This document shows positions 12,628 through 25,094 of a stretch of DNA of 64,000 nt, one piece after another (position 1 is the stretch's first letter; each line of letters begins with the position of its first letter). Made by a program: the position numbers and the translations under genes. Location: positions 135,284,001 to 135,348,000 of the forward strand of contig OX597815.1 of assembly GCA_951406725.2 (NCBI GenBank), written 5' to 3'. The notes below the pieces were generated by a model, which did no database searches, was not told where the DNA came from, and saw nothing but the letters and a program-made list of their open reading frames with translations. Source of the stretch: Octopus vulgaris. Its lineage: Eukaryota.

Positions 12628-12780
12628 CAATGGGCTTCTTTCAGTTTCTGTCTATCAAATCCCTTCACGAGGCTTTGGTCAGCTTGAGGCTATAGTAGAA
12701 GACACTTACCACGCAGTAGGATTGAACCCAGTACCATGTGGTTTGGAAGGAAGCTCCTTACCACACAGCCATGCCTATGC
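12628..12780 (-). mobile_element. tRNA-derived SINE 5' half
   Basis: gggcttctttcagtttc...gctatagtagaagacactt...ttaccacacagccatgcct. Confidence 0.8.
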
Positions 12781-13710
12781 CTTGTATAGTCATTTTATGG
12801 GGGACATATGTAGTATAAGTAGTATTTGTTTAGCTCTAGGTCAGCTCAGAAAGAGCTAATATATGGTCAAAATGCATTTCAGTTAAGACTATCTCATCTG
12901 TTTTGTTTCAGACTAAATATGAATGTCTCTCTGCATTTTTTATTTTTTTCGAAGGTGGTACAATATGATTTGGTCACAAATTCTAATAAGTTAAGTAACT
13001 TGTGTTGACTCACAGCATCTATATAGTATGTGTAGATTTTAGCCGCATATCAATCCTAAGACTGAATAAACCTGTCATGACCACTACATCTTGACTGTAG
13101 TCACAGTCTATCTAAGCGAATATTATCTAATGTAGTCTTTTTTTTTTTAATGGTACAGTGTAATTTCTGAAATTTGACTGTAATTTCTAGTAGGTTGAAG
13201 CATCAGGTAGAGACTGTTTCACAGGCTCAAATTCATGTTATAGACGAGGGTAGTTTAACTGTTAGGTGATAGCATGTTTTGGAATATCATTAACCAGTAA
13301 CCGCTAATGATACAACAATGACTTTGAAGTATAAGTATTCTTGGGTTACCAGTGAGTGAACCTGTTGAATTTATCCTGAAATAGTTAGATGTGTGTGTTT
13401 TGGTTCACTATATAGTCTAATGATCTGTCACTATTGAGTACAGTTTTATCAAGGTGGGATATAACTAGCATTATTAGATATCTCATTAACAGAATTTTCT
13501 CATGGAGTATGCATTAATATAAACACTCGCACACATGCACACACACTCATAAACATAAGCAGCCATTTATGCATAAGATATTTTACAAAAGGTGTATGTG
13601 TGGTGGGCAGCTAATCCAATGACCCAGTAAACAGAAGCTTATTACTTGGCATGAAATGAACTGGGGGTTTAAACTACCATTCTACCATTTACTTCAAGTA
13701 TCATCATGCT

Positions 13711-13741
<31 letters not shown>

Positions 13742-14309
13742 ATATATATATATATATATATATATGCAAACACACCTATATGCTCAGAGTATACATACAC
13801 ACATAGGAAGATACAAATATATATACATACAAGTATGGACATAAATATACACGTGAACAAATTAATATACACTTATCAAAAATGTTTACTTGTACACAAC
13901 ATGTACGCGTGTCACCTCAAGCACATACACAAATCAGTCAGAAATCTCAAACATTTGAAGAATCAAAAGTTATTCTCATTCATTATTACTTTTTTTTTCT
14001 TTTGATGTTAGTTCTTGTTTATGTTGTATTTTACTCCTCTACTCCATCGTTTCCATAGCAACAAAAACAAAAGCCACAGCTAAACAGCAAAAGTAATGGA
14101 GAATACAAAGGACAAGGAAAAAAAACAACATTATTAGATTCTACATGCAGATTATCCACTATTTTTTATGGGATCAAGCTCATTCAACTGATTCCCATTC
14201 TTCCCAACCCACTGTCACCACCAACATTTCTATCACAACTACTATTCCATCATCACCTGAAAATAGAAACATCAACACCACTAAGACTAACACTGGTCAT
14301 ATAAGCCAG

Positions 14310-15795
14310 TAGTCACTCAAATACCTAAAAATAGCAGCCAAATTTCCTTTAAACTACACTGCACTATCTTTAAAAAAAAGTATAAAATAGCAGACAAAAT
14401 TTCCTCATTACCTTCTATATCTTAAAAAAAAAAGATGCATAGATAATGTTCCTCTACATAGAGACTGAATAAAAGATGGGATGGTCTTTGCTGGAAAGCC
14501 TTTGATTGCAAGTCTCCTAAGGAAGTGTCAACTGGGTTTAAACCTTTAGCATTCAGATTACTCTGTCAAATGTAATATTTATTCATTCACATTGTTTTGA
14601 ATTAATCATACATTATCTTGTAGCTTCAAAATTTTGAAAGGGTGATTGTTTTATTTTTAGAATAACATTGTAGTAGAGGTGTGAGAAGCCTAATCTGGTC
14701 AGTCTGAACATAAAACAGGTGAAATAATCGGAAGCTTTGGCCAGTTTGAATGCTAAAGTATCAAACAACAACAATAAAGAAGTTTCTATCTGGTTGAAAA
14801 AACGGATAGAAATGGCAACCAAATTTCCCTCAAAAACACAGCTGACTTCAAAAGAGGATACATTGGACAAACTGGTCTTTGATGTAGAAGAAGAAATGTT
14901 AAAAACAGTAACAACTACCAGAGCTATACATTACCATTATCATCATAAGCATGGATATACTAGATAATGAAATTAGTCCTTTGTATCCTTTTAAAGATGG
15001 TATTAGCCATAACTAGAGTTCTTCACAGGTCTGTTTGAGTAGGGATGACATGGAACAAAATAGAAATGCAATACCATCATCACCATTACCACCAGTAACA
15101 CCATAGCCAGCATCACCATACATTCTAAAGCAATACTATTAACATAATGAGGGAGCTTCTATGTAGACAATTGACTTGGTAGAAATGGCAGCAAAATCTC
15201 TCTCAAATCACATCCATCAGCCTTAATATATGAAGGAAACATCTGACAATGTATAGTCTTAGATAAACTAAAAGATGGGATGGTCAAGGCAAGAATACCT
15301 TTGATCACAGGTATGCTTAATCAAGACTAACCAAGGGTTAAACAACAATACTACCACCATCTAACACCACCAACACCACTGCCAGCATATACTAACTACC
15401 ACTGTTTGTATCTCTTTCAACCTCATTGACAGTACCATGATTAACAATAAAATTAACACATAAGAACCATGACACTGCCACTACAACTATTACCAATAAC
15501 AAGAAATATTATTACTATAGCAACGAAACACTTCTACCAAAAGTAATACAATTACCAATTTCTTTACCAACATTAATACCAAGATATGAATAACATTAAC
15601 AAAGAAGCCTATACACGGTCACTAGACCTGTTGGAAATAGCAACAAAATTTAGCTCAGATAATACCATACCATCTTGAGGAAGGAAAGAACAGATTGTAT
15701 AATGTATCATATACACTCTTAAAAAATATGGTAGGTCTGTCTTTGATGATAGGTTTTCTCAGTCAAGACTGACCCAAGCCCAAACAACAACAGCA
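14310..15795 (+). repeat. Cluster of about 5 copies of a ~190-bp (CAA)n-tailed interspersed element
   Basis: Recurring agaaat(a/g)gcagccaaat...gataatgta...aaagatgggatggtc...ctttgatca.aggt...aaacaacaa, separated by CAC/CAA/CAT-rich spacers. Dispersed copies occur near 35870, 36640, 44390, 57390 and 59270, and inverted ones near 13000, 21920 and 58090. Confidence 0.65.
14542..14760. mobile_element. piggyBac-type (TTAA) MITE, family B
   Basis: TTAA at 14538-14541 and 12-bp TIR ctttagcattca (14544) / tgaatgctaaag (14747). It splits a copy of the (CAA)-tailed element. Confidence 0.65.
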
Positions 15796-16336
15796 ACTCA
15801 CAAGAAACTCACCCATCCCCAACACTGCCACTGGTGATGATGAAATGAAAACCTCATCATTATCATCATCATCATTACCATCCCCATTAACATCATTAAA
15901 ATCAAAAACAGCAACACATCAGTTGCCACTAACAACAACAGTATCATCATCCTTGTTACCCTCCCCACCTCATTAAATACTACTACCACTACCACTGCCA
16001 ACCCGCACCGCAAAAAAAAAAGAAAAAAATTACCATCTCCCACCCATAGACGCACAAACATGTATACATCAGTGAACATGATGGAATGTTTCAAGAACAT
16101 TTAGATTTCTTGAACAGGTGTTGTGTAATTAGAACAGCAACAGTCTTTAATTTCATATATTTATATTTTAAATAAGTAGAGAGAGGAAGGGGAAAAGCAT
16201 CACCAGCATCCCTACAACTGTTTTCTACCCTACTATATCATCATCATCATCATACAGGTAATTTTGTATCATACTGTATTTGGCATGGCCCTTGAACAGG
16301 TGATTTCTCTTGTTTACATATTTGTTTTTAAGATTG

Positions 16337-16580
16337 GCATTATGTCATGCTTGAGAAGAAATCCCATTAAAGATAGCAAAATCACCGTTATGGCAGATAT
16401 TGGTGTCATGCCAGTAGCATGTAAAAGCACTCATTACACTCTCAGGAAGGGCATCCAGCCATAGAAAACCATGCCAAATCAGACTGGAGTCTGGTGCAGC
16501 CTTCCAGCTTACCAGCCCTGGCCAAACCATCCAACCCATGCCAGCATGGACAATGGATGTTAAACGATGATGATGATGAT
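16337..16580 (+). mobile_element. RTE LINE 3' UTR fragment
   Basis: One UTR unit plus aggaagggcatccagcc...catggacaatggatgttaaacgatgatgatgatgat. Confidence 0.8.
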
Positions 16581-16703
16581 TATTATTCAGATGGTTACAA
16601 AATAAAGTAACAAAGAAAATATGCAAAAGTAAATAAATAAAAGAAAAACAACTAAATAGTTAAAAAGAAAAGAGGAGACAAAGAGAAAAAAATAGCACCT
16701 TAC

Positions 16704-16747
16704 CGATTTGTTGCTTCTATGCTCAATGTAATGTAGTTCATCCAGCG
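16704..16747 (-). CDS. Putative internal exon (44 nt) of an unidentified large-intron host gene; RWMNYITLSIEATN(R) or (A)LDELHYIEHRSNKS
   Basis: Minus strand has a long polypyrimidine tract (tttttttcttttgttttgtttttcag|), a 44-nt unique segment open in two frames, and the donor cg|gtaagg. Frame 1 resembles the Trp-containing terminal helix of PH domains (inference). Confidence 0.55.
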
Positions 16748-16807
16748 CTGAAAAACAAAACAAAAGAAAAAAATTATTATAATTACAATAAACGAAAAAA
16801 TATTTAA

Positions 16808-16990
16808 CAATAATCGTTTCTAATATGGGCACAAGGCAAGATATTTGTGGGGATGTGCTTGTTAATTAAATCAAACACAGTACTTTATTTTATCGACTCT
16901 GAAAAGATGAACTGCAAAACTTGATAGGAGGTGAACTCAGGATATAAAGAATCAAGAACAACTGTCTTAAAACATTTGGGCAAATGGTCA
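16808..16990 (-). mobile_element. Degenerate Nin/Deu-domain SINE
   Basis: ggcacaaggc...tactttattttatcgactctgaaaagatgaa...gaactcag is homologous to 30448-30664. Confidence 0.6.
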
Positions 16991-17636
16991 GTTATTATTA
17001 TTATTATTATTATTATTATCCATCTTTAATCTCCTTTCTGTCAACAACCTCAAATGTAGGATTTCTTCCCTGAAGACAGAAGCTTGTATCATTTGACTGT
17101 ATATCACTTGAAATTATATATACATTGCAAACTGCCATCTCTAGTAGACAAGGTGTCCAGTTCTGAAGAGAAGCAGAAATAGCCTGAAACCAGGATGGTA
17201 TGCTGGTCCTGTTGCAAGAAGGTGGTAGGGGTTCACTCCCCTGCTTGCAATATCTTGGATGTAGTTGTGCATCATTAAACAGCTAGAGGAGATGTTCTCT
17301 TGGGGTTAAAAAATTGCAGTAAAGTCCGTTTAAATGGACAGCCATGCTGAAGTGGCTATGAACATTACTTGTTAGTACAACTACAGTGTTGATCTCTTAG
17401 ACAGATTTTAGAACTAGCATTTTTGCTTATATATGTTACCTCAGCCCTGGGCTGAAGCCAGTAAAAGAATAAAGATATATATATATATACATATAAAGAG
17501 AGAGAGAGTGTAGAAATTATGTATGCAAGTATATATACAACTGATACTGAACATAATGTTCAGAGTTCTATGTAGATTTTGATAATCCAGTCTGCTTTTT
17601 GTATACTTGTTAATTAATTACAATACTTAGTCTTAC

Positions 17637-17646
17637 CAGATAAGAT
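17637..17646 (-). other. Candidate 10-nt microexon
   Basis: Minus strand reads ttattcttatttctcctatgtttgctctgtag|atcttatctg|gtaagac, with a strong acceptor and donor about 0.9 kb upstream of the 44-nt exon. Confidence 0.3.
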
Positions 17647-17919
17647 CTACAGAGCAAACATAGGAGAAATAAGAATAAACACAAATTTATAATAATGTTC
17701 CTCTGCACGGTTCACCACTATGGTTATTTGGAGCCCTGCAATAGAAGCTCCAAATGCATATAGATACAATAAAGTGTTCCTAGAGGATTTGTTGTAACCA
17801 AGCATCGTTGTGCATTTGGAAATTTTATTGCAGGGCGTTAAACAACTATAGTGGGGGAACATACATAGGAAGTTTAATATAAACTTGTGTTTATCCTTAA
17901 GCACATACATGCAAGACAA

Positions 17920-18023
17920 CGTGGAAGAAAATAGTACTCAGATAATGAAGGTAGAATAATATCTTTTTATTAAAGCCAAAACCAATCTTTACAGACTGTT
18001 ATTCAGATTTTACAGTTTGTCAG
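17920..18023 (-). mobile_element. Remnant of a PLE pseudo-LTR-like repeat (same family as 48133-48250)
   Basis: Minus strand ctgacaaactgtaaaatctgaataacag...ctttaataaaaagatattattctacc...gagtact aligns with 48160-48240. It is cut off by the SINE at 18023. Confidence 0.45.
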
Positions 18024-18307
18024 GCACATGGCTTAGTGGTTAAGGTAATGTACTCATGACTGCGAGATTGTGGGTCTGATTCCCAGACTGGGTGTAGTGT
18101 TGTGTTCTTGAGCAAAGCACTTAGTTTCATATTGCTCTGAGATCCTTTTGACACCTAACATGTGGCACGCATTGCACCTGTACAGGTAATGTCGATCTGA
18201 TTGAGGGAGTGAGCTTATGTCTACACAAAATTTTACACAAACCATCTGTGTGGTTGTTTGATAAGAAATTGTCAAACCCTCATGTCATCTAACGACAGGA
18301 GAGTCCA
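18023..18307 (+). mobile_element. tRNA-derived CORE-type SINE
   Basis: A box tggcttagtggttaag, B-box-like gggtctgattccc and CORE-like tgtgttcttgagcaaagcactt. Confidence 0.75.
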
Positions 18308-18327
18308 TTGTGTGTGTGTGTGTGTGT

Positions 18328-18585
18328 GGAGGCACATGGCCTAGTGGTTAGAGCAGAGGGCGATGTGTGTGTTTATGAGTGAAACACCTAAGCTCCACGT
18401 GGCTCCAGCAAAAGGTAAAGGCGAACTTCTGCTGACTCTTTCACCACAACTTTCTCTCACTCTTTCCTCCTGCATCTTGCAGCTCACCTGCGACGGACCA
18501 GCGTCCCATCCAGGTGGGGAACCTATACGCCAAGGAAACCAGGAAACCGGCCCTATAAACCAGGCATAGCTTGAGAAGGAACAAA
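18328..18585 (+). mobile_element. tRNA-derived SINE (head partly deleted)
   Basis: The ggaggcacatggcctagtggttagagcag head and body (aacacctaagctccac...ctttcaccacaactttctctc) are shared with 24328-24627. The 3' part differs (cctgcgacggaccagcgtcccatccagg). Confidence 0.75.
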
Positions 18586-19702
18586 CATATATATATATAT
18601 ATATAGTTTTATGCTAGTAAGTAGTTTTACAAAGGAAGGAGTTTCCAGGATAGTAAATAATAAATATACATCATTGATGAGTGCAGAATGTAAAAAAAAG
18701 AAAAACTTTAGTTGTTGACAAGTGACCTGATAACTTTCTTCAATGCAAAATTTCAAATAATATGACAGAAGTCACTTCTAAGAAATTTACATGTGCAATG
18801 TATGCGGTGCTCATATGTACACACACACACATACACACGCGCGCACACACGCATTTTTCATAATGGCACCAGAACAAATTTTAAGAGACCAGTACAGTAG
18901 TCAAAATGATTATCAGCACATGCTTAATGCCCATTTTGTCATCTAGAGATGAAAGACAAAATAACTGTCCTTTCTTGCCCAATATAATTTGATCTCATAA
19001 CAAAGAGACTAAATGGAATACACTTCAAGGTACTCATACAGTCATTTGCAAGTCTGAAAGCATTAGAAATCAAATTTATAGAAAAAAAAAAATGAAAAGC
19101 AATTAATTTATTAAAAAGAAAAATGTAATAAATTTGGAAATTGGCATAATTAATTTTGTATCAAATAAAATTCTAAAAAAAAAATTTATCAGATTTTCTT
19201 TTTTAATAACTATTAGTTATCTTCTTTGGAAGCTGGATTTCTAAGGGAAAAATATGTGTCTCTAATAAAAGAATTCCAACTAATTTTAGAGAATATTTGA
19301 TTTTCTTGTGGTTAACAACATTAGGACTGTTTCACACACACACACACACACACATACACAAACAAAAGAATACTGAAGATATTAAATTCATAAAGAAGAT
19401 GATGTGTCAGCAATGGGGACAAATGATGACGATGAACAGAATTTTAAACTAAGCAGGAGTGTCATAGAACTGTTTGCCTTCTTGCAAAAAGAATGTAATT
19501 CTACAATTCACTGAGTTGGGCTGAGAATTGGTAGAAATAGTATCAGCCTAAATAAGTGAAATGTATCTAATTTCAGTAATGATTACAGGTCACAAATTAT
19601 GAGGAAGAATATACTCAATTCAAATCTACCCTACTATTTTGCTGGTACATATTTTATCAGCTTCCAAAGGGTGAAAAGCAAAGTCAGCTCTAACGATTTT
19701 AA

Positions 19703-19923
19703 CCCTTTCATTACCATATTTATTTTGAGATGCTGTGTGTTTCTTTCACTTAATTTTAAATATAACAAAGAATTTAGTAAAATAACTTAGTTATCATTAA
19801 GCTAATGTTAGGAACATAAATTGTGACTAAGGTTTGGTGGAAGATTTTAATTCAAAATTTATGAAAACAAGACATTTGTGCTACACAGCCAGAGAAGTCT
19901 CTGCTGAGTTGGTATTAAAAGGG
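19703..19923. mobile_element. piggyBac-type MITE, family A (221 bp)
   Basis: TTAA|ccctttc...aaaaggg|TTAA. A highly similar copy lies at 60914-61135. It is inserted into a Nin-type SINE remnant (19630-19940). Confidence 0.85.
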
Positions 19924-20460
19924 TTAACTCAGGATATAACAAATATTATGCATTTATAATGGTCTTATAATCTATCAGTCTTTCTATAAGAATCTTGCTG
20001 AAGTGAATAAAATAACAATATACTGCTGTATAATAAATCAGTCAGTAGAGGAGGGGCAGTATACATGACCTTTTCTAGATTAGTGGGAGTGTTGTGACTG
20101 ACATCAAGCCAGAGTATCAAGGTCATTGTCAACAGGAAAATGTAAGAAGAAAAGGACCGGAAGAATCAGGTCCAATAGTTTACAAGCATCCATGAACTAG
20201 GTCTTGGTGTTGAATGGGGTGATGACTTAGGGATACCACCATTAACGAAAATGGAAACAAATTCCAGTTTTATGCGCTTGAGTCAAAGAGAAAAGTCATT
20301 ATGACAGAGTCTGGCAAGGAAACCTGATGATTTTTAAATACACCGGTGGCAAATACAGAACATCAGCAGCCTTTATTGTCTAAATGAAGAAGAAACTGTA
20401 GGATACTTATAAAAAATATGTGACACATACTTATACTTCAAATTAAATTGCACATGTATA

Positions 20461-20851
20461 GGCGCAGGTATGGCTGTGTGACAAGAAACTTACTTCCTAA
20501 CCATATGGTTCTGGGTTCAGTTCCACTGCGTGGTACTTTGGGCAAGTGTCTTCTATTATAGCCTCAGGCCAACCAAAGCCTTGTAAGTGGATTTCATAGA
20601 CAGAACTGAAAGAAGCCCATCATGTGTTTGTGCCTGTGTTTGTCCCCTCACCATTGCTTGACAACTGATGTTGGTGCATTTATGACCTCGTAACTTAACG
20701 GTTTGGCAAAAGAGAGCGACAGAATAAGTACTAGGCTAACAAAGAATAAGTCCTGGGGTTGATTTCTTCAACTAAAGACAAAAGGTGGTGTTCCAGCATG
20801 GCCACAGCAAAAAAAATAATAATAAAGACTGAAACAAGTAAAAGAATAAAA
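20461..20851 (+). mobile_element. Full-length tRNA-derived SINE
   Basis: ggcgcaggtatggctgtgtg (A box), gggttcagttcc (B box), ctttgggcaagtgtcttct body and gaaacaagtaaaagaataaaa tail. Confidence 0.9.
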
Positions 20852-20939
20852 AGGTAGGTAAACATTTCTTAATGTCCATGGAAATGCTTCCTGCACAGGT
20901 GATTGCTCTATCTTGTTAAAATTATATTATGTATTAAGG

Positions 20940-21200
20940 AAGTCAGGTCCACCCCCTTCGAAGAAACATGAAACCAACACAACTAAGTTGTCCATACAGC
21001 ATCACCATGATACATGTTCATGGAGAAGGAGATGCTCATGAAGTTGTGGATTGTTGTCTGATCTATACCGGGATCTTTGCTTATTTATGTAACCTGACAG
21101 AAATGTTGTTTCACTACATGGGAAGAACCATGTCATCTATTGACATTAAGAGCACATTTTCTGCCTTTCCTAATAACAATGATATATGCCTTCAATTATA
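20940..21200 (-). pseudogene. Tc1/mariner-superfamily transposase remnant
   Basis: Minus translation CSETTFLSGYINKQRSRYRSDNNPQLHEHLLLHEHVSW*...CFFE resembles the SDEAxFxLxGxVNKQNxRYWxxxNP...VW...PYFFE region of IS630-Tc1-mariner transposases. Confidence 0.55.
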
Positions 21201-22215
21201 ATCATACAAGATGAAAATTTAAAATTCGAAATTCAATATATTCCACACACTACATTCCAAACTGTCTCGTGTTGTGCCATGATTTCATTCAGTACGAGGA
21301 CTGTTCACTACCTAATAATCACAATATACTCTAGTATCTGAGCAGTTCAAATAGCTGACGGTTTCAATGAACCAGTCTATCTAAAGCTTGCTACACATAG
21401 CTGTATCTCCTAGCTCGGTGCTTCTCAATGATGGCCAATATTAAATACAAATGGAATGGCTGCAATCAATTAACTGAATTACTACTGTTGATAACAACTT
21501 GATCACAAAAGCATGTCACACACACAACTGTTTTATAGCTGCAAAAATTACATCATCCAAGCAGTTCAACATACCCAAGTGCATGAACTCCTGTCCTCAT
21601 CAACTGAATAACCATGGAAAACCATTAGGTTTCTCTGCTGAGTTCTGTATTATTAATATTATCTCGCAAGGAAAATACCTTATGGATTTTGTTTTATTCC
21701 TCTGTATACAAGAGTAACTTTCCCATTTGACCTTTTAGGAGTCAATAAAATGTGTATTGGTAGTATTTTATTTTTTTTCCCTTAAAATTGATTACATCCC
21801 CAATCAACTAAGTAACTAGCTGAGTAAATAAGTTAAAGGTAAATCAAAAATTAGTGAATGGGTAATGTATTGAAATACTGGTTCATTGTCAAGGCACTCA
21901 AATACACCATAAATGCTCTATTGTTTAGTTCCAGGTCAATCATGATTAAGCACACATACAATCAAAGATACTAGTCATAATCATTTTAGATGTATATAAG
22001 ATTACATTACTTTATGTATGCTCCCCTAATTCAAAATGGTATGGCATGATGTAGTATGATCTGAAAAAAATTTGACAGCTATTTCTTGTAGATCCAACAA
22101 CCATGTAAAAGCTCTGACACTGGCATATCAGTGCTTTACTGTGGTACTAGGCAGGGCTCTTTATTTTACATGCCTTAGTTCATGTAGCTATTAACTTAGT
22201 TGATGTAGTGATTAA

Positions 22216-22519
22216 CTCTTGATATCAAACTACCCAAGACCACCCATGAAATTATGATACAAGCTTCCTATTTTAAAGTGAACTAAATTAAAACCTTCCA
22301 TAAAAATTTCATATCAATTTATGTTCCAAACTCCAGTTTAATGATGATTAAGTTATTTTATTAAATTTTTCATTATTACTGGCAGATGCTCAGGAGCAAT
22401 AAACACCTGGCGTGCCAGTCTTCAATCAAATTGTCCAACCCATGCCAGCATGGAAAGTGGACGTTAAATGATGATGATGAAAGGCAGTGTATTTTAATAG
22501 GAATTCTGTAACAAAAGGG
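22216..22519. mobile_element. piggyBac-type MITE related to family A (inverted), interrupted by an RTE tail at 22381-22480
   Basis: TTAA|ctcttg...caaaaggg|TTAA. The internal aaaaccttcca, aatttatgttcc and taagttatttta are reverse complements of 19703-19923. Confidence 0.7.
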
Positions 22520-24292
22520 TTAAGAACTAACTCCTCTTGGAATGTTTTCTATAGTGAACAGGTGTCCTATCCAGAGTGACTCTCATCAAAGCTTAGGTTT
22601 AAGAAATATTTGCATTGCTGATTTATAACCTAGACACAAGGCCAAATATTTGTAGGATGTAATGCAATCAATTTAATTAACCTCTGTAGCAGACAGATAC
22701 TTATTTTATAGGTTTTACAAGGATGACAGACATAGGTAACCTTGGCAGGATTTGAACTCAAAACGTAAAGGAACACAACTCCATTCTGCACAGCATTTTG
22801 TTTGATATGACTGATTCTATGATCCACTGCCCCTTTTTATGCTTCTTTTTTTTTTTTTTTTTTTGCTTAATGATACATTGGTTTCTAGGGAGAGTGAACT
22901 ATTGATTGGCTTGACTCTAAAACATGACTATTACTTTTTTTGTTCTCAACGGAGTTCACCAGAATTTGAAGTCATAATGTACAGGGACAGGATTAAATAC
23001 AATACTGAAAGACATTCAATCTGGTGCTCAACTGACATTTGTGATATTAATTAGGTTCATATCTTTACTTATTCAATTAACATTAGCTTAGTTATAAATA
23101 TCTTCATACAGACAAACACAAACAATAACATACACATAAATCAACTTTGGTTCTCATATAAGAAACGAAGTAAACAGCTATCTTATCTCAATACTAACTT
23201 TAGCAGTTTTTGGCAGTGACCTTTGTTAGTAACTTTCAACCCATGGCTCTTTAAAAACATAATCAAAGTAAAAAATAAAAAAAAAAGAAAAGAAAAGAAA
23301 AGACAAACTACTCTCTATCTGTAATATTTGTAAATTCCTATTTTTAAGTCACTACTTCATGAAACTTGCTATTCATTTTTCCTACTTCTAATCTAAAATA
23401 CACTTGTAGATTAAGTTAAATGAAACCTATTTAGAATTTTAAATAGCATTGGGGTGATAAACTGAGAATATTCTGATTATCATTGCCATTTGAACAAACA
23501 TTATTTAGTTTTAATAAATAGTAATCTTCAGCCATCCTGTACAACAGAATCAGTTTCAAATAAGATTTCTGTAGATTTATTTCACAAGCTGGTTATTGAC
23601 AATTCACTTTTGGCTTATATTTTTTCATTTACATTCTTAAAGTTAATTCCCAGGTTCATATAATATTGCATGATATTAGGAAATTTTACGACTTTTCCAC
23701 ATTAACAAAGGTTGAATAAGTGTGAAATACAGCAATTTGCCATACAACTTGATACTAATGTGCCATTTCATCCATGAGATTCTGTGTTCTAACTTCTTAT
23801 CTAAGCAATTTATCTCAATTAGGCTTCAACAAATTTCTGTTACCACTGCACTGCAAAAATTTCTCCTCCCCATCAAATATTCATCATCTGATCTAATCAT
23901 ATTACATGTTTATATAAATAATAATAATTTTTTTTTTATTAGTCACAGAGATTCATATGCATAATACAAAATGTATTATGTAAGCACATTTGTGTGTGCA
24001 TGTGTATGCGCGTGCATGCGAGTGTGTGTGCGTGTGCATGCAAGAGTGTGTGTGTATGAACATTTGGGTTTGTTTATATGTCAAGTTACTTATAAAAACA
24101 ATTAAACATTAAACTAAAGGACTGCTCAATATCTTTTAGTAGAATATATATTTATCAACTTTCATAAGAAAATAGTTGATAGTGACTTTGAAGTTTTGCT
24201 TGTTTGGCTTCACAGACTGCCTAATAAAAACATACAAGTTGAAACTTAAAAGTCACTGTCAACTTATTTGTTGAAACAGTTAATACATAAGA

Positions 24293-24327
<35 letters not shown>

Positions 24328-24330
<3 letters not shown>

Positions 24331-24627
24331 CATGGCCGACCAGGCAATCAGATGTTGCTACATATTGCTGGTCACAATGCGCTTTGCATTGTTTTAGCCT
24401 TCAAATAACACTACCCCACTGGCTAAGCGAGCAGGCCAACAGAAGAAAGAGAGAGAGAAAGTTGTGGAGGAAGAGTACAGCAGGGATCACCACCACCCCC
24501 TACCGGAGCTTGGTGGGGCTTTAGGTGCTTTCGCTCAATAAACACTCACAACGCCTGGTCTGGGAATCAAAACCGCGATCCTACAACCACGAGTCCGCTG
24601 CCCTAACCACTGGGCCATTGCGCCTCC
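24328..24627 (-). mobile_element. tRNA-derived SINE, well preserved, inserted in (TA)n
   Basis: Minus strand has the tRNA head ggaggcgcaatggcccagtggttagggcagcggactc...ggttttgattcccagacc and is flanked by (TA)n on both sides. Confidence 0.9.
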
Positions 24628-24665
24628 ACATATATATATAGTGTATATATAATATATATATATAT

Positions 24666-24830
24666 ACAGGTGCAGGTGTGTGGTTGAGCTTGCTTCCCAA
24701 CTTTGTGCTCTTGGGTTTAGTCCCACTTCATGGCACCTTGTGAAAGTGACTCCTACTATAGCTTTCAGCCAACCAATACCTTGTGAATGGATTTGATGGC
24801 GGGAAACTGGAAGAAACCAGTCATATGTAT
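24666..24830 (+). mobile_element. tRNA-derived SINE 5' half
   Basis: aggtgcaggtgtgtggttg...gggtttagtcccac...ccttgtgaatggatttg...gaaactggaagaa. Confidence 0.7.
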
Positions 24831-25094
24831 GCAGGTATATGGTACTAAAAAAGTACCTAATACACATTGTTAAGTGGTTGGCATTAGGAAGGTTATCCAG
24901 CCATTGGAATATGATGCAGTTCTTGGACTCATAGGATCTTTCTCAAACCATCCAACCATGCCAGTATGGAACATGGGTGTCAAATGATGATGCTCATTCT
25001 CTTAGTCGTCATTTAACGTCTGCTTTGACAAAATTATAGGCTTTTACTTCAATATTCTACCATTTTTACCTCACTGCCACTTTATTAATGATAT

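Noticed and set aside
21416-21617. Possible hAT MITE (cggtgcttctcaa...tgaataaccatgg)
   Set aside because: The TIR match is too weak and no 8-bp TSD was found.
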